Origin: Phycisphaerae bacterium
Lineage (GTDB): Bacteria > Planctomycetota > Phycisphaerae > Sedimentisphaerales > Anaerobacaceae
Direction of reading: 5' to 3'
Assembly (NCBI GenBank): GCA_030604525.1
Contig: JAUVVQ010000005.1
Location: forward strand, 15,162-79,161
Length of the DNA: 64,000 nucleotides
The notes beneath the pieces were generated by a model, which saw nothing but the letters and a program-made list of their open reading frames with translations, was not told the origin of the DNA and searched no databases. This document shows, piece by piece, positions 34,789-44,242 of this stretch; position 1 is the first letter of the stretch; every line of letters begins with the position of its first letter. A program made the position numbers and the translations under genes.

Positions 34789-36390
34789 ATGGTTTTTACA
34801 CTGCACAGGTATATATTTCGGGAGCTTTTTAAGGTATTTTTACTGACGGCAGTTGCACTTACCCTGATATTGAGTCTGGGCAGCATATTAAGGCCTGTTC
34901 AGGAATACGGAGTTGGTCCTCGGCAGATTGTCTATCTTATGGGGTATTTTCTTCCGATTATTCTGACCTTTGTTTTACCGATGGCTGCCCTTTTTGCATC
35001 GACGCTGGTTTATGGACGTTTTGCCAGCGATAATGAGCTTAATGCGTGCAGGGCCAGCGGCGTATGGACGCTGACACTGGTTTATCCCGGTGTGGCACTT
35101 GCGATTATCGTTGCGATAGCCAATTTGCTTTTAAGCTTTCATGTGATGCCGGAATTTGTCCATCGCGCGGAAAAAGCTTTGAAGGCGGATGCCAAGCAGA
35201 TACTTTTTCGCAATATCCAAAGACGAGGATTTTATGAGCTTCCAGAAAGTCAATATCTTATTTATGCCGACCGTGCGAATCAGGAAACCAATATGCTTTC
35301 CGGTGTTATTGTTACGAAAGTGAAGGATAATCGAGTCAAGGAAATGATTATAGCCGAGAAAGCTAAAATTGATTTTGACCCTCACAAGAATTTCAACGAG
35401 GTTCGTATCACCGCTTATGACACTTATCAAATGGCTCCGGATAAACAAGGAGGGTTTTATATAAAGCGTGTTCCTATCAGGGCTTCGGTCCCTTCGCTGC
35501 TTGCTGATGATATAAAGTTCAAGAAGATAGAGGAGATGAAGCGGATTCGTGTTGATTTGATGAGATTTTATCCTATTGAGAAAATGGCCCGTGATGTATA
35601 TGCCCAGTATGTCACGGAGTTACTTGCTCAGAGTATTTGTGGGAAGCTGAATTCAGAAGAGAAAGCATCATACGAATTACTTGGTGAGCCAAACTCGGTT
35701 AGTTTTACTGCTGATGAGTGTTCGCTGAAGGAGGAGGAACAGATTTTGCTCAATGGAAATGTTTTAGTCGCTGAATTCAATACGGACAGCAGGAAAACGA
35801 CTCGCACCTTTACTGCCGATAGAGCGATACTTCATATAGAGGGCGACAAGCTGTCTCCTACTTTAACTCTTGACGTATATTCCCCGATGTGGCGGCGCGC
35901 TGACGGAGCGGAAGGGTATGCACAGCGCAGGATTATCAGAGGATTGCTTTTGCCGGTTGCGGTTACGAGGCATTTTCAAACGAGAGATGTTCTTGATTCG
36001 ATTAGCCGGGACAAAATTTCCAAAGCGCTGGTAAACGGCCCCACCCCAGGGCTTAAAGATTTGCAAAGGAAACTAACTCAAAAGATAAGAATGACCTTAG
36101 CGGATATTAAGGCCGAGATGCATACTCGACTGGTTTTCGGAATTGGTTGTGTGCCGATGATACTTATAGGTATAGGACTTGGAGTTTTCCTTCGAGGCGG
36201 ACATCCTCTTACCGCTTTTGGAGTGAGCTGTATTCCTGCTGCGCTGCTGATAGTGGGGGTGTTGGCTGGCAAGAATATCACGAAGAATTTAGGCTCGGAG
36301 GGTGTCTCTGGTGTTGTGGTGATGTGGTCTGCTTTCGCTTTTTTGGTTTTTTTAGTGTTGATAATATATCGGAAATTGCTGAAGAGTTAG
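34789..36390 (+). CDS. LptF/LptG-family LPS export permease
   Basis: Typical N-terminus LHRYIFRELFKVFLLTAVALTLIL, a large periplasmic insert and C-terminal TM helices. It is paired with a second family member. Confidence 0.8.
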   Translation: MVFTLHRYIFRELFKVFLLTAVALTLILSLGSILRPVQEYGVGPRQIVYLMGYFLPIILTFVLPMAALFASTLVYGRFASDNELNACRASGVWTLTLVYPGVALAIIVAIANLLLSFHVMPEFVHRAEKALKADAKQILFRNIQRRGFYELPESQYLIYADRANQETNMLSGVIVTKVKDNRVKEMIIAEKAKIDFDPHKNFNEVRITAYDTYQMAPDKQGGFYIKRVPIRASVPSLLADDIKFKKIEEMKRIRVDLMRFYPIEKMARDVYAQYVTELLAQSICGKLNSEEKASYELLGEPNSVSFTADECSLKEEEQILLNGNVLVAEFNTDSRKTTRTFTADRAILHIEGDKLSPTLTLDVYSPMWRRADGAEGYAQRRIIRGLLLPVAVTRHFQTRDVLDSISRDKISKALVNGPTPGLKDLQRKLTQKIRMTLADIKAEMHTRLVFGIGCVPMILIGIGLGVFLRGGHPLTAFGVSCIPAALLIVGVLAGKNITKNLGSEGVSGVVVMWSAFAFLVFLVLIIYRKLLKS

Positions 36391-36420
36391 TCAGCTGAGG
36401 CGGAATTATAAGGTTGATTT

Positions 36421-37518
36421 ATGAAGATACTGGATAAATACGTAGCAAAGAACTTTTTAATCGGTTACCTGATTGCCTTTTGCGTTCTGATAGGGCTTCG
36501 GGTGGTGATTGATTTGTTTTTGAACCTTGATGAGTTTGCTGAGCATGCAAATTTGGGGACGGTAGCTGTTTTGAAGAATATCGTGGTTTTTTACGGCATT
36601 CGCTGCACACTGTATTTTCGTGATTTTGCCGGCGTGATAACAGTGGTAGCTGCGGTGTTTTCCTTAAGCAAGATGGTTCGCAGCGGCGAGCTGATAGCTG
36701 TAACCGCTTCCGGTGTTAGTCTAAAACGAGTCATCAGCCCTATAATTATTTTGGCACTGTTCTTGACGGTGCTACTGGTTGTTGACCAGGAATTTATTAT
36801 TCCTCCGTTGAGCGATGAGCTTATGCGTAGCCAGGATTACATACCTGGAGATGAACAGTTTGACGTGCAGTTTATTATGGATGGTAAGGGGTCATTAATT
36901 CATTCGCCGAGATTTGACGTTAAGACATCTACATTTCATAATGTTGATATAATTACTCGTCGGCCAACGTCAAAAGAGGGGATATGGGTACCTGCCGGCT
37001 GGATATATGCCGAGAAAGCTGTCTTTGATAAGGGAAAAGGCGACTGGGACCTTGAGAATGGGCGATTTGTCGAGATGGCCGCTCGCAAAGGTTCCCTGCC
37101 GATATCTGAATATGAAAGCGACCTTACTCCTGAGCAGATTCCTATAAAACGTAGATCCAAATATAAATCGCTTTTGAGTTTCAGGCAGTTAGGCGAGCTT
37201 GCTCGTCAGGGGACGAAGCTTAACGACCTTGCAGAGCTTTACAGTCAGAAGCACTTTCGTATAACCGAGCCGATTATCAATCTTATTATGCTTTTGATAT
37301 CGCTGCCTATACTTGTCTGTCGTGACCCGAGGGCGATGAAGTCGGCGATTGCCATCAGTTTTGGGGCGACGGCCGCCTGTCATATTACCGCATTTATTTG
37401 CAGAATGTTTGCCACCGAAGTTATCTTCGATAAAATCAGGCCGGAATTATGGGCGTGGATTCCGGTGATTATCTTTTTGCCGATTGCTTTTTTCGAAATC
37501 GATTCTATGAAGACCTGA
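36421..37518 (+). CDS. LptF/LptG-family LPS export permease
   Basis: N-terminus ILDKYVAKNFLIGYLIAFCVLIGL, six-TM layout, adjacent to its paralog. Confidence 0.8.
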   Translation: MKILDKYVAKNFLIGYLIAFCVLIGLRVVIDLFLNLDEFAEHANLGTVAVLKNIVVFYGIRCTLYFRDFAGVITVVAAVFSLSKMVRSGELIAVTASGVSLKRVISPIIILALFLTVLLVVDQEFIIPPLSDELMRSQDYIPGDEQFDVQFIMDGKGSLIHSPRFDVKTSTFHNVDIITRRPTSKEGIWVPAGWIYAEKAVFDKGKGDWDLENGRFVEMAARKGSLPISEYESDLTPEQIPIKRRSKYKSLLSFRQLGELARQGTKLNDLAELYSQKHFRITEPIINLIMLLISLPILVCRDPRAMKSAIAISFGATAACHITAFICRMFATEVIFDKIRPELWAWIPVIIFLPIAFFEIDSMKT

Positions 37519-37528
37519 CGAGTCGGCT

Positions 37529-40150
37529 TTATTTGTTTATAATCTGAAAGTTTGTTGGTGCATCGGCCTGTAATTCCACCCAGATGACTAATTTTGGATT
37601 GCCGTCGGTGTTACGAGTTATGCCCTGACGGATGTCTTCATTCGGGATTTTTCTGCCGTTAATTTTCAGAGTGGCTTCGGCTTTGCCGCTTCCCCAGTTT
37701 TTGATTACAAAGCAGGGGTTGTAAATTGGTGATTCATCAGAGGCATCAATAGAGAAAGCTAACATTTGATTCTGAGCGCTTAAATGGTAGGCCCGTTCGG
37801 ATTTTTGGTATCCCTGGGAGGTGCATCCTTTTGTATTTTCAATTTTCGGCGGACGATTCCAGGAGCGTGCCAGTGGAAGCAGTGTTTTAATCGGCTTGTT
37901 GGTAAAGCCGTAGATGGCTTTGTCTTTTGGTCCGACACCGCCTAATGCGGCGTGTCTTACTCGGCCGGTATCCAGGGCAAATCTGCCGTCATTGGGGATT
38001 TGTGAAACCGGCCAGTGGTTCCAGGGTCCGGCGAATAATGTATTTTCTGTTGCTCTTTCGCGATCGCCCCAGGCGCCGATACGTCCGCCTTCAGGGAAGA
38101 TGACGACGACTTTGTAATCGGATTTAAGGTTTACTGTTTCTATGTTCGAGTCCTTCAGAGGATTGCGTGGGATGCCGTCTGACCAGTCCATTTTATAGGT
38201 TTGGCCTTTCATATTTGCGACGGTGACGGCCTGTGCACTGATGACGTCCTCTTCTTTTTTCCCCGGCGGGATAAAGAACTGCACGTCCTGCCATCCTGCA
38301 AGACCGTCATGATAAGTTACATAGCGGACTGCATAGCTGTCAGGATAAATTGTATGATATTCATCAGCCCAGCACCATTCGTTCGGGAAGTTATACATAA
38401 TATCAATTGATGCATATCGCCAATGGATAACTACTCGTGCATCTGTATTTTCAATCATTCTAACGTGACTGTGGCGACACTGTTTGTCGGACATATGCTC
38501 GCTGCAGCCGTATTCGGTTCCGACTTCGCAACTCTGGTCGGACATCCAGTTGTTATTTTCGGTGACCCAGCCGGGGCCGTAATTGCTGCCACGCCAGTAG
38601 ATGACACTTACCGGTTTTTTGTCGAATTTCACGACGATGTCCGGCCAATCGCTTGTTCTGAACATATTGTCCCAGAGGTCGTGGTATTTGAGCTTTGTGT
38701 AATAAGCTACGAAGTTTTTCGACGGTCCCGGCTCGCCTGGAAGAATCCGTTTTTGCAGGTCAGGGTTGTTGCGTGAGGAAACATCCGGTTTGAAGCTGTT
38801 GTAAGACCGTTTTATTTCGTCAGCGTTTAAAGAAACGTCGTATATTTGAACTTCGTCTATCAATCCTTCTATGCCGTATATTACCGGCTGACTGCCCTGC
38901 GGTGTCCTCCGAATTTTTTCAGAGACGTGATGAGTTGCCTTCCTGGGTGTATTATTCAAACCAATCAGGATGTCTGTCTTGGCGGGTGAGATATTTCCTT
39001 TACCGACCGAGAGCAGTCCCCGCTGGACACCGTCTATGTAGAGACATATTGTTCCGCTTGATTTATCATAGGTGCCTGCAATATGATACCACTTATAGAG
39101 GTCAAGCGATTGCGAAGATGTGATGACTTTCCATTTTCCGTCCAGACTTATCATAAACATCGGATGTCCCTGGTCGTCGACAGCCAGTGAATATCCTTTT
39201 CTTTCGCGTTCGCCCGAGGTAGATTGATGTACTACGGCAGCAGTGTTCCAGGGATATGCATCGAGTGCAACCCAGGCCTGGAGGGTCAGGTCGTTTTTGA
39301 TTTCCGGCGTTTTGGGAGCGGGCAGAGAAACTTTTGAATGGTAACCGTCGAAGGCCAGGGCGGTGCCGGAGACGCCCTTTTCCCAGAGTGTTTTGTCTCC
39401 GCTGATAATGCAATCCGTCTTGCTTATATTTTCTTTGGTAATGTCACCTTTGAGTTCGATACCTTTATCAAATTTCCACCAGGCGATAGGTGCGCCAACG
39501 AGACCGGTTTTTACGGGGGAGCTTTTCGTTTCGACGGCTTCCTGAATATCTGTTAAAGCCGGCGGTGTAAAAGAAAGACGTTTGATTCCGTTTGGCTGTA
39601 ATTGTAATGATTCGGTTGCGATGGACCAGATGTCGGTTTTTCCCGTGGCTTTTTTGATTTCCCGCGTTACCCTGCCTTCGGGAGTGATTGTAAATATTTC
39701 GTGGGCTGCGCCTGAGAATCCGACGTTATCGAGGTCGGGCATATAGCGCCAGTGCACGATGATTTTATCCGGCTTGCTTTCAATTAAGCGGACATAGGAA
39801 TACAGGCATTTTGTGTCAATTTGCCGGTGTATAATTTCTTTAACCGGCCATTTTCCTTCCGTGGTTTTCCAGTACGGCAGGTAGCTTGTTTCTCTGCTGA
39901 AGACAAACTGGCTGTTTTCGCCTAAGTTTACAACGATGTCGGGATATTTGCCGGTTATCACGGTATCGTCTTCGGTGAAAAATCCTTTTTCTTCCCTTTC
40001 CTGCTCAAATACTCTTTCCGGCATTGGGATGTCATAGTCCAGCCTGGTATAGTATGCATAAAACGCTGCTGAATCCGCTTTTGAAATTGATGCTGGAATT
40101 AATAATGAGCACAGAAAAATTACAGCAAATAACACTTCTTGCATTTTCAT
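37529..40150 (-). CDS. Secreted LamG/concanavalin-A-like lectin domain protein
   Basis: The start at 40150 has an AAGGAG SD and a signal peptide follows. LamG-like core LTLQAWVALDAYPWNTAAVV...YHIAGTYDKSSGTICLYIDGV. Confidence 0.7.
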   Translation of the reverse strand: MKMQEVLFAVIFLCSLLIPASISKADSAAFYAYYTRLDYDIPMPERVFEQEREEKGFFTEDDTVITGKYPDIVVNLGENSQFVFSRETSYLPYWKTTEGKWPVKEIIHRQIDTKCLYSYVRLIESKPDKIIVHWRYMPDLDNVGFSGAAHEIFTITPEGRVTREIKKATGKTDIWSIATESLQLQPNGIKRLSFTPPALTDIQEAVETKSSPVKTGLVGAPIAWWKFDKGIELKGDITKENISKTDCIISGDKTLWEKGVSGTALAFDGYHSKVSLPAPKTPEIKNDLTLQAWVALDAYPWNTAAVVHQSTSGERERKGYSLAVDDQGHPMFMISLDGKWKVITSSQSLDLYKWYHIAGTYDKSSGTICLYIDGVQRGLLSVGKGNISPAKTDILIGLNNTPRKATHHVSEKIRRTPQGSQPVIYGIEGLIDEVQIYDVSLNADEIKRSYNSFKPDVSSRNNPDLQKRILPGEPGPSKNFVAYYTKLKYHDLWDNMFRTSDWPDIVVKFDKKPVSVIYWRGSNYGPGWVTENNNWMSDQSCEVGTEYGCSEHMSDKQCRHSHVRMIENTDARVVIHWRYASIDIMYNFPNEWCWADEYHTIYPDSYAVRYVTYHDGLAGWQDVQFFIPPGKKEEDVISAQAVTVANMKGQTYKMDWSDGIPRNPLKDSNIETVNLKSDYKVVVIFPEGGRIGAWGDRERATENTLFAGPWNHWPVSQIPNDGRFALDTGRVRHAALGGVGPKDKAIYGFTNKPIKTLLPLARSWNRPPKIENTKGCTSQGYQKSERAYHLSAQNQMLAFSIDASDESPIYNPCFVIKNWGSGKAEATLKINGRKIPNEDIRQGITRNTDGNPKLVIWVELQADAPTNFQIINK

Positions 40151-40238
40151 TTCATTCACTCCTTCTAATAATTCACAGTTAATATTTTGGCCGAATTTAT
40201 TATTTCGCAATCTTTTTCAAACTCAGAATTATACTTTA

Positions 40239-41546
40239 TTATTTGTTTTTTAGAAGATTTTTTAATTCTTTATTTATTCTGACGGAGCACCATTTTTTTC
40301 CGCACATTGAGCAGTAATCGGCTGTGGGAAATTCTTCGGCTCCGATTTCCTTGCAGGCATCCTTGTGCATTCTTTCGGCGGTTTGCGGGTCGAGAGCTTC
40401 TTTGAGATGAGTTTTCCAGTCGAGGTTTGCCCTTGCGGTGCTCAGTTTTTTGTCTTTTTTGTCGGCGTTTTTCAAGCCCTTTGCTATATCAGCGGCGTGT
40501 GCGGCTATTTTGACGGCGATGACGCCGGCTCTGACATCATCGGAGTTAGGCAGTCCGAGGTGCTCTTTCGGGGTAACATAACAGAGGAATGAGGCCCCGT
40601 AGAAAGCGGCGGCGGTGCCGCCGATTGCAGAGGTTATATGGTCGTAGCCGGGGGCAATGTCGGTAACGACCGGGCCGAGGACGTAAAAGGGCGCTCCATT
40701 GCAGATTTTCTGCTGTATTTCGATGTTATATTGTATCTGGTCAAACGGGATATGTCCGGGTCCTTCGACCATAACCTGACAGCCCTTTTGCTGCGCTCTT
40801 TCAGTCAGCTCGCCGAGGGTATTAAGCTCTGCGATTTGCGCTTCGTCTGTTGCGTCGGCTATTGCACCCGGCCGAAGTCCGTCGCCAAGAGAGAAACAGA
40901 TATCATACTTGGCCAGGATGCCGCAAAGCTCGTCGAACATTTCATAAAGCGGATTTTGTTTATTGTGATATAGCATCCATTTGGCGAGCAGTGCGCCGCC
41001 TCGGCTTACGATACCGCCTACTCGTCTCTCAAGCAGGGGCAGGTGTTCTTTCAGGACGCCTGCGTGGATGGTGAAGAAATCCACGCCCTGTTTTGCTTGT
41101 TTTTCGATAGTCTGGAGGATGCTTTTCCTATCGATATCTTCGACATTTCTTCCTTCTATTACCTGATAGATGGGGACCGTTCCGAATGGGAGAGGACAGT
41201 TTCCAAGCAGCTCGACTCTGGTTGCATCGAGATTAGCGCCGGTGCTTAGGTCCATAACGGCGTCGGCGCCTGCGTCGATGGCGGTTTGCATCTTTTCTAT
41301 TTCTTCTTCGACCGAAGAGCTGATACTGCTGGTTCCGATGTTTGCATTTATCTTTGTTGTAAGCGCCTTGCCGATACCGATTGGTTTCAGGTTGGAGTTT
41401 AAGTGTATTTTATTTGCGGGTATTACGATATGGCCGGCAGCTACCTCGGCGCGTATAAATTCGGCGTTGAGATGTTCGGTTTCGGCGACCGATTTGATTT
41501 CGTTGGTGATTTTGCCGTTTTTTGCTTCTTGCAGTTGTGTTGACAT
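40239..41546 (-). CDS. thiC: Phosphomethylpyrimidine synthase
   Basis: Full-length similarity to short-form ThiC (NANIGTS, HIPFDQIQ and others) with a C-terminal CSMCGKKWCS cluster motif. A TPP riboswitch lies upstream. Confidence 0.95.
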   Translation of the reverse strand: MSTQLQEAKNGKITNEIKSVAETEHLNAEFIRAEVAAGHIVIPANKIHLNSNLKPIGIGKALTTKINANIGTSSISSSVEEEIEKMQTAIDAGADAVMDLSTGANLDATRVELLGNCPLPFGTVPIYQVIEGRNVEDIDRKSILQTIEKQAKQGVDFFTIHAGVLKEHLPLLERRVGGIVSRGGALLAKWMLYHNKQNPLYEMFDELCGILAKYDICFSLGDGLRPGAIADATDEAQIAELNTLGELTERAQQKGCQVMVEGPGHIPFDQIQYNIEIQQKICNGAPFYVLGPVVTDIAPGYDHITSAIGGTAAAFYGASFLCYVTPKEHLGLPNSDDVRAGVIAVKIAAHAADIAKGLKNADKKDKKLSTARANLDWKTHLKEALDPQTAERMHKDACKEIGAEEFPTADYCSMCGKKWCSVRINKELKNLLKNK

Positions 41547-41619
41547 TTTTATCTCAATTAAAAAATAGAAAAAGTTTTCGAGGGCAGCGAAATGAAGGGC
41601 TTGTGTATTTTTTATTACA

Positions 41620-41722
41620 CTTCACTTCCCTACGCAGGTAACACCGCCTTTAATGCGGCTTCCTGATCAGGTTCCAAGGGTTTTTCTCAGGCCCGTTTTC
41701 AGCGAGCCACCCCTAGCAGACT
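41620..41722 (-). promoter_or_regulatory. TPP (THI-box) riboswitch
   Basis: The minus strand reads CTAGGGGTGGCTCGCTGAAAACGGGCCTGAGAAAAACCCTTGGAACCTGATCAGG...CCTGCGTAGGGAAGTG. This contains the conserved GGGGTG, CTGAGA, ACCCTT, GAACCTGATC and GCGTAGGGAAG blocks, directly 5' of thiC. Confidence 0.8.
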
Positions 41723-41868
41723 GAATGTTATTATAGCTTATTAGTTTTTGCAGTCAAATATAAACCCCGTCAGAAAGCTCAGATGGGGCGATAAAGCCCA
41801 CCCTCGCTACCTGTTTTTTACCCCGCCCAAAGGGCGAATCCTTCTTTCTAACGAGGCAAAGGGGATAC

Positions 41869-41919
41869 ATCTACCGGTCGTTATTTTGGACAAGCTTTGC
41901 TCAGGACTTTACAGCCGGT
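41869..41919. repeat. 51-bp direct repeat, copy 1 (duplicate of the 3' end of the M24 peptidase gene plus 13 nt downstream)
   Basis: Identical to 44192..44242 except for one mismatch (a/g at the fifth base). Confidence 0.9.
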
Positions 41920-42189
41920 GAAGAGGAAGGAATTTAATACGGTCTGGTTGGTTTCGCTTTCAAATAATTTCCCGAATGGGTCATAGCTGTAGAAATTGTT
42001 CACATCCCCGGCTGTATCAATTACCTGCCGGACGCTTCCCAGCCGGTCGTGCAGGTAGAAGTATTTGTCGTTATCATAATCGCCATCATACTGGGCGATA
42101 ATCTGACTATTTGCGTACATATAAGTCTTCCCTATAGAGTCATCCGCTGTGCCGAACAAACCATCCCCTCCCGGCTCTATTTCTAACAA
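41881..42189 (-). pseudogene. Orphan RHS core fragment fused in frame to a duplicated peptidase C-terminal tail
   Basis: The protein LEIEPGGDGLFGTADDSIGKTYMYANSQIIAQYDGDYD...FYSYDPFGKLF is nearly identical to part of ORF 42961..44124. The last 12 aa (TGCKVLSKACPK) equal the C-terminus of ORF 44204..45268. Confidence 0.7.
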
Positions 42190-42228
42190 TATGGTCAGTA
42201 GCTTGCCGACGACATCGACAATATATTT
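41961..42228. repeat. RHS core repeat, copy 1 (about 268 bp near-identical; a diverged extension runs to 41915)
   Basis: Aligns with 43695..43962 at a constant offset of 1734 nt. About ten mismatches by eye. Confidence 0.85.
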
Positions 42229-42233
42229 ATGTG

Positions 42234-42860
42234 TTATTTTTGGCTCTGTAAATCATACCATAGTATGTATCCATAATTTTTCACTTCATATTCGTCTCGG
42301 AATTTATCCAGAAGATACAGTTTCCCTGCTTCTTTAAAGGTATGTCGATAGCCGGGGTAATTCAGGAAATATCTAATTTCACAGTTTATCTTCGGATTCT
42401 TAGAATAATAAATCACATCTATTGTATCCCCTTTTGGTAAATCAGCGTAGTAAGGCTTCGGTCCCCAAACCATGCTATAATATGTCTTCTCCTCTTGGGT
42501 TTCAGGCTTTTTTGCTTTAAATTGATACATAAGTTTCCAGCCCAGTGGTGCATCTTCTGAATACCAGCTTTTGATAACCTCTCCTTCAATAATTTTACCT
42601 TTTTCTAATAACATGATAACATTTTCATCTTTTCTCATAATACTTGTGTCTGGAAAGGTACAACTATAAAGAGCGATAATTATCGTCGCAACTCCCACAA
42701 CTCGGCCTGTCCAGACAATAAATATCTCATTAATAATCGGAATACTAAGGAAACTATTCGGATACTTCTTAATTTGCAAATTGCCAAGCCACCTTGAAAA
42801 AAGTAACCAAAAAATTCCCATAATAAAAGGGATGATCATAAATGAATCGAAAAAAAACAT
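42234..42860 (-). CDS. Membrane protein, candidate RHS immunity protein (DUF3592-like layout)
   Basis: Lies immediately downstream of the RHS toxin tip. N-terminal TM helices are followed by a beta-rich domain. Visibly AT-rich. Confidence 0.5.
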   Translation of the reverse strand: MFFFDSFMIIPFIMGIFWLLFSRWLGNLQIKKYPNSFLSIPIINEIFIVWTGRVVGVATIIIALYSCTFPDTSIMRKDENVIMLLEKGKIIEGEVIKSWYSEDAPLGWKLMYQFKAKKPETQEEKTYYSMVWGPKPYYADLPKGDTIDVIYYSKNPKINCEIRYFLNYPGYRHTFKEAGKLYLLDKFRDEYEVKNYGYILWYDLQSQK

Positions 42861-42960
42861 TATCTTTATCCTACATTAACTTATTATTACCAACAAAATC
42901 AAATGAGATACATCTGTTATTTTAAATGTCAAAACCCTTTATTGCTACAACTTCTATATC

Positions 42961-44124
42961 TTACTGTAAAACATCCAAATTTACATCTGTCATTAACATG
43001 AATTTTAATACAAACCGTGCCTCACCATAGGTGGTAGATTTATAAAAAGCTTCTGCTGCTGCCGTCCCCATAACTTCTTCGAAGGTCATACCCTCGATAT
43101 GTGCTGGGTCCACATAAGTTTGCGTTTTGTGTATATGTGCCTCAACCGGTGAAGATATACCTACGCCAATATTAAACTTTATTCCCCTGTAAGGTTCTTC
43201 TTCACCTCCCCAAATAATTTCTGCACCAACGCCAAAAAAGCCAGAACTCACACCTGCTCCAAGACCCCAACCCAGACCGCGTAATTGAAATATATCAGAA
43301 GCGTTTGTTATGCCTATTTGGATGCCCATTGATGCCGATAAGGAACCGACACCATATTGTGATATGCCAATAACACCCCACTGTCCTTTGTCGTCCCAAA
43401 CTATACCGGTTTGACCTGCAAGACTATAGCCAAGAGATGCCATAAAGCCACCGGTAATGTAATAAGCGTCGAGGCCTATAATATCAATCATATTTATAGG
43501 GTCATTTTGGCAGTACAGATACTTATGCAGTGTCATCGGCTCGGTGAATTTACCTGTTACCGGGTCGCGGCCGGTAAAACGCATAACTACCGGGTCATAC
43601 ATCCTCGCCCGCAGATAATACTGGCCAATTTCGGAATCAAACCACTGCCCGGTGAACATAAACGGATTGGTTACGGTCTCTTCTGTCTCGCTGTCAAATA
43701 ATTTCCCGAATGGGTCATAGCTGTAAAAATTGTTCACATTCCCGGCTGTATCGATTACCTGCCGGACGCTTCCCAGCCGGTCGTGCAGGTAGAAGTATTT
43801 GGCGTCATCATAATCGCCATCATACTGGGCTATAATCTGACTATTTGCGTACATATAAGTCTTCCCTATAGAGTCATCCGCTGTGCCGAACAAACCATCC
43901 CCTCCCGGCTCTATTTCTAACAATATGGTCGGCAGTTTGCCGACGACATCGACGATATATTTCCTCTTTGTTGTCTGACCCGAAACGCTCGACTCTTTGT
44001 ATATCCGGTTCCCGAACGCATCGTATTTTAAGTTAATGGTATTAGTAGAGTCATATGTTGCCTCTCTCAATTTATCATTCCAATTATACTCTAAATCCAA
44101 ACCAGCCGCAACACCTTCTTTCAT
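42961..44124 (-). CDS. RHS repeat-associated core plus C-terminal toxin tip; 5'-truncated (no N-terminal region)
   Basis: YD repeats (YDENGNM upstream of the listed Met, then YDAFGNRIY). Core end motif YYLRARMYDPVVMRFTGRDP...HKYLYCQNDPINMIDIIGL, followed by a Gly-rich tip of about 170 aa. The frame is open only back to about 44225, inside the peptidase gene tail. Confidence 0.8.
   Translation of the reverse strand: MKEGVAAGLDLEYNWNDKLREATYDSTNTINLKYDAFGNRIYKESSVSGQTTKRKYIVDVVGKLPTILLEIEPGGDGLFGTADDSIGKTYMYANSQIIAQYDGDYDDAKYFYLHDRLGSVRQVIDTAGNVNNFYSYDPFGKLFDSETEETVTNPFMFTGQWFDSEIGQYYLRARMYDPVVMRFTGRDPVTGKFTEPMTLHKYLYCQNDPINMIDIIGLDAYYITGGFMASLGYSLAGQTGIVWDDKGQWGVIGISQYGVGSLSASMGIQIGITNASDIFQLRGLGWGLGAGVSSGFFGVGAEIIWGGEEEPYRGIKFNIGVGISSPVEAHIHKTQTYVDPAHIEGMTFEEVMGTAAAEAFYKSTTYGEARFVLKFMLMTDVNLDVLQ
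43695..43962. repeat. RHS core repeat, copy 2
   Basis: See copy 1 at 41961..42228. Confidence 0.85.
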
Positions 44125-44191
44125 ATTCCCATTTTCGTCGTAACCCAGCGAAAAGCTTTCTTCGCCCGCAGCGGTTCATCGACCTCTATCA

Positions 44192-44242
44192 ATCTGCCGG
44201 TCGTTATTTTGGACAAGCTTTGCTCAGGACTTTACAGCCGGT
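44192..44242. repeat. 51-bp direct repeat, copy 2 (the native 3' end of the M24 peptidase gene)
   Basis: See copy 1 at 41869..41919. Confidence 0.9.

Noticed and set aside
41620-41722. The long insert in the P3 region of the TPP riboswitch (AGGAAGCCGCATTAAAGGCGGTGTTACC), considered as a possible novelty.
   Set aside because: P3 length is known to vary among THI-box elements. The insert itself forms a simple hairpin (GCCGC...GCGGT). This is considered ordinary.
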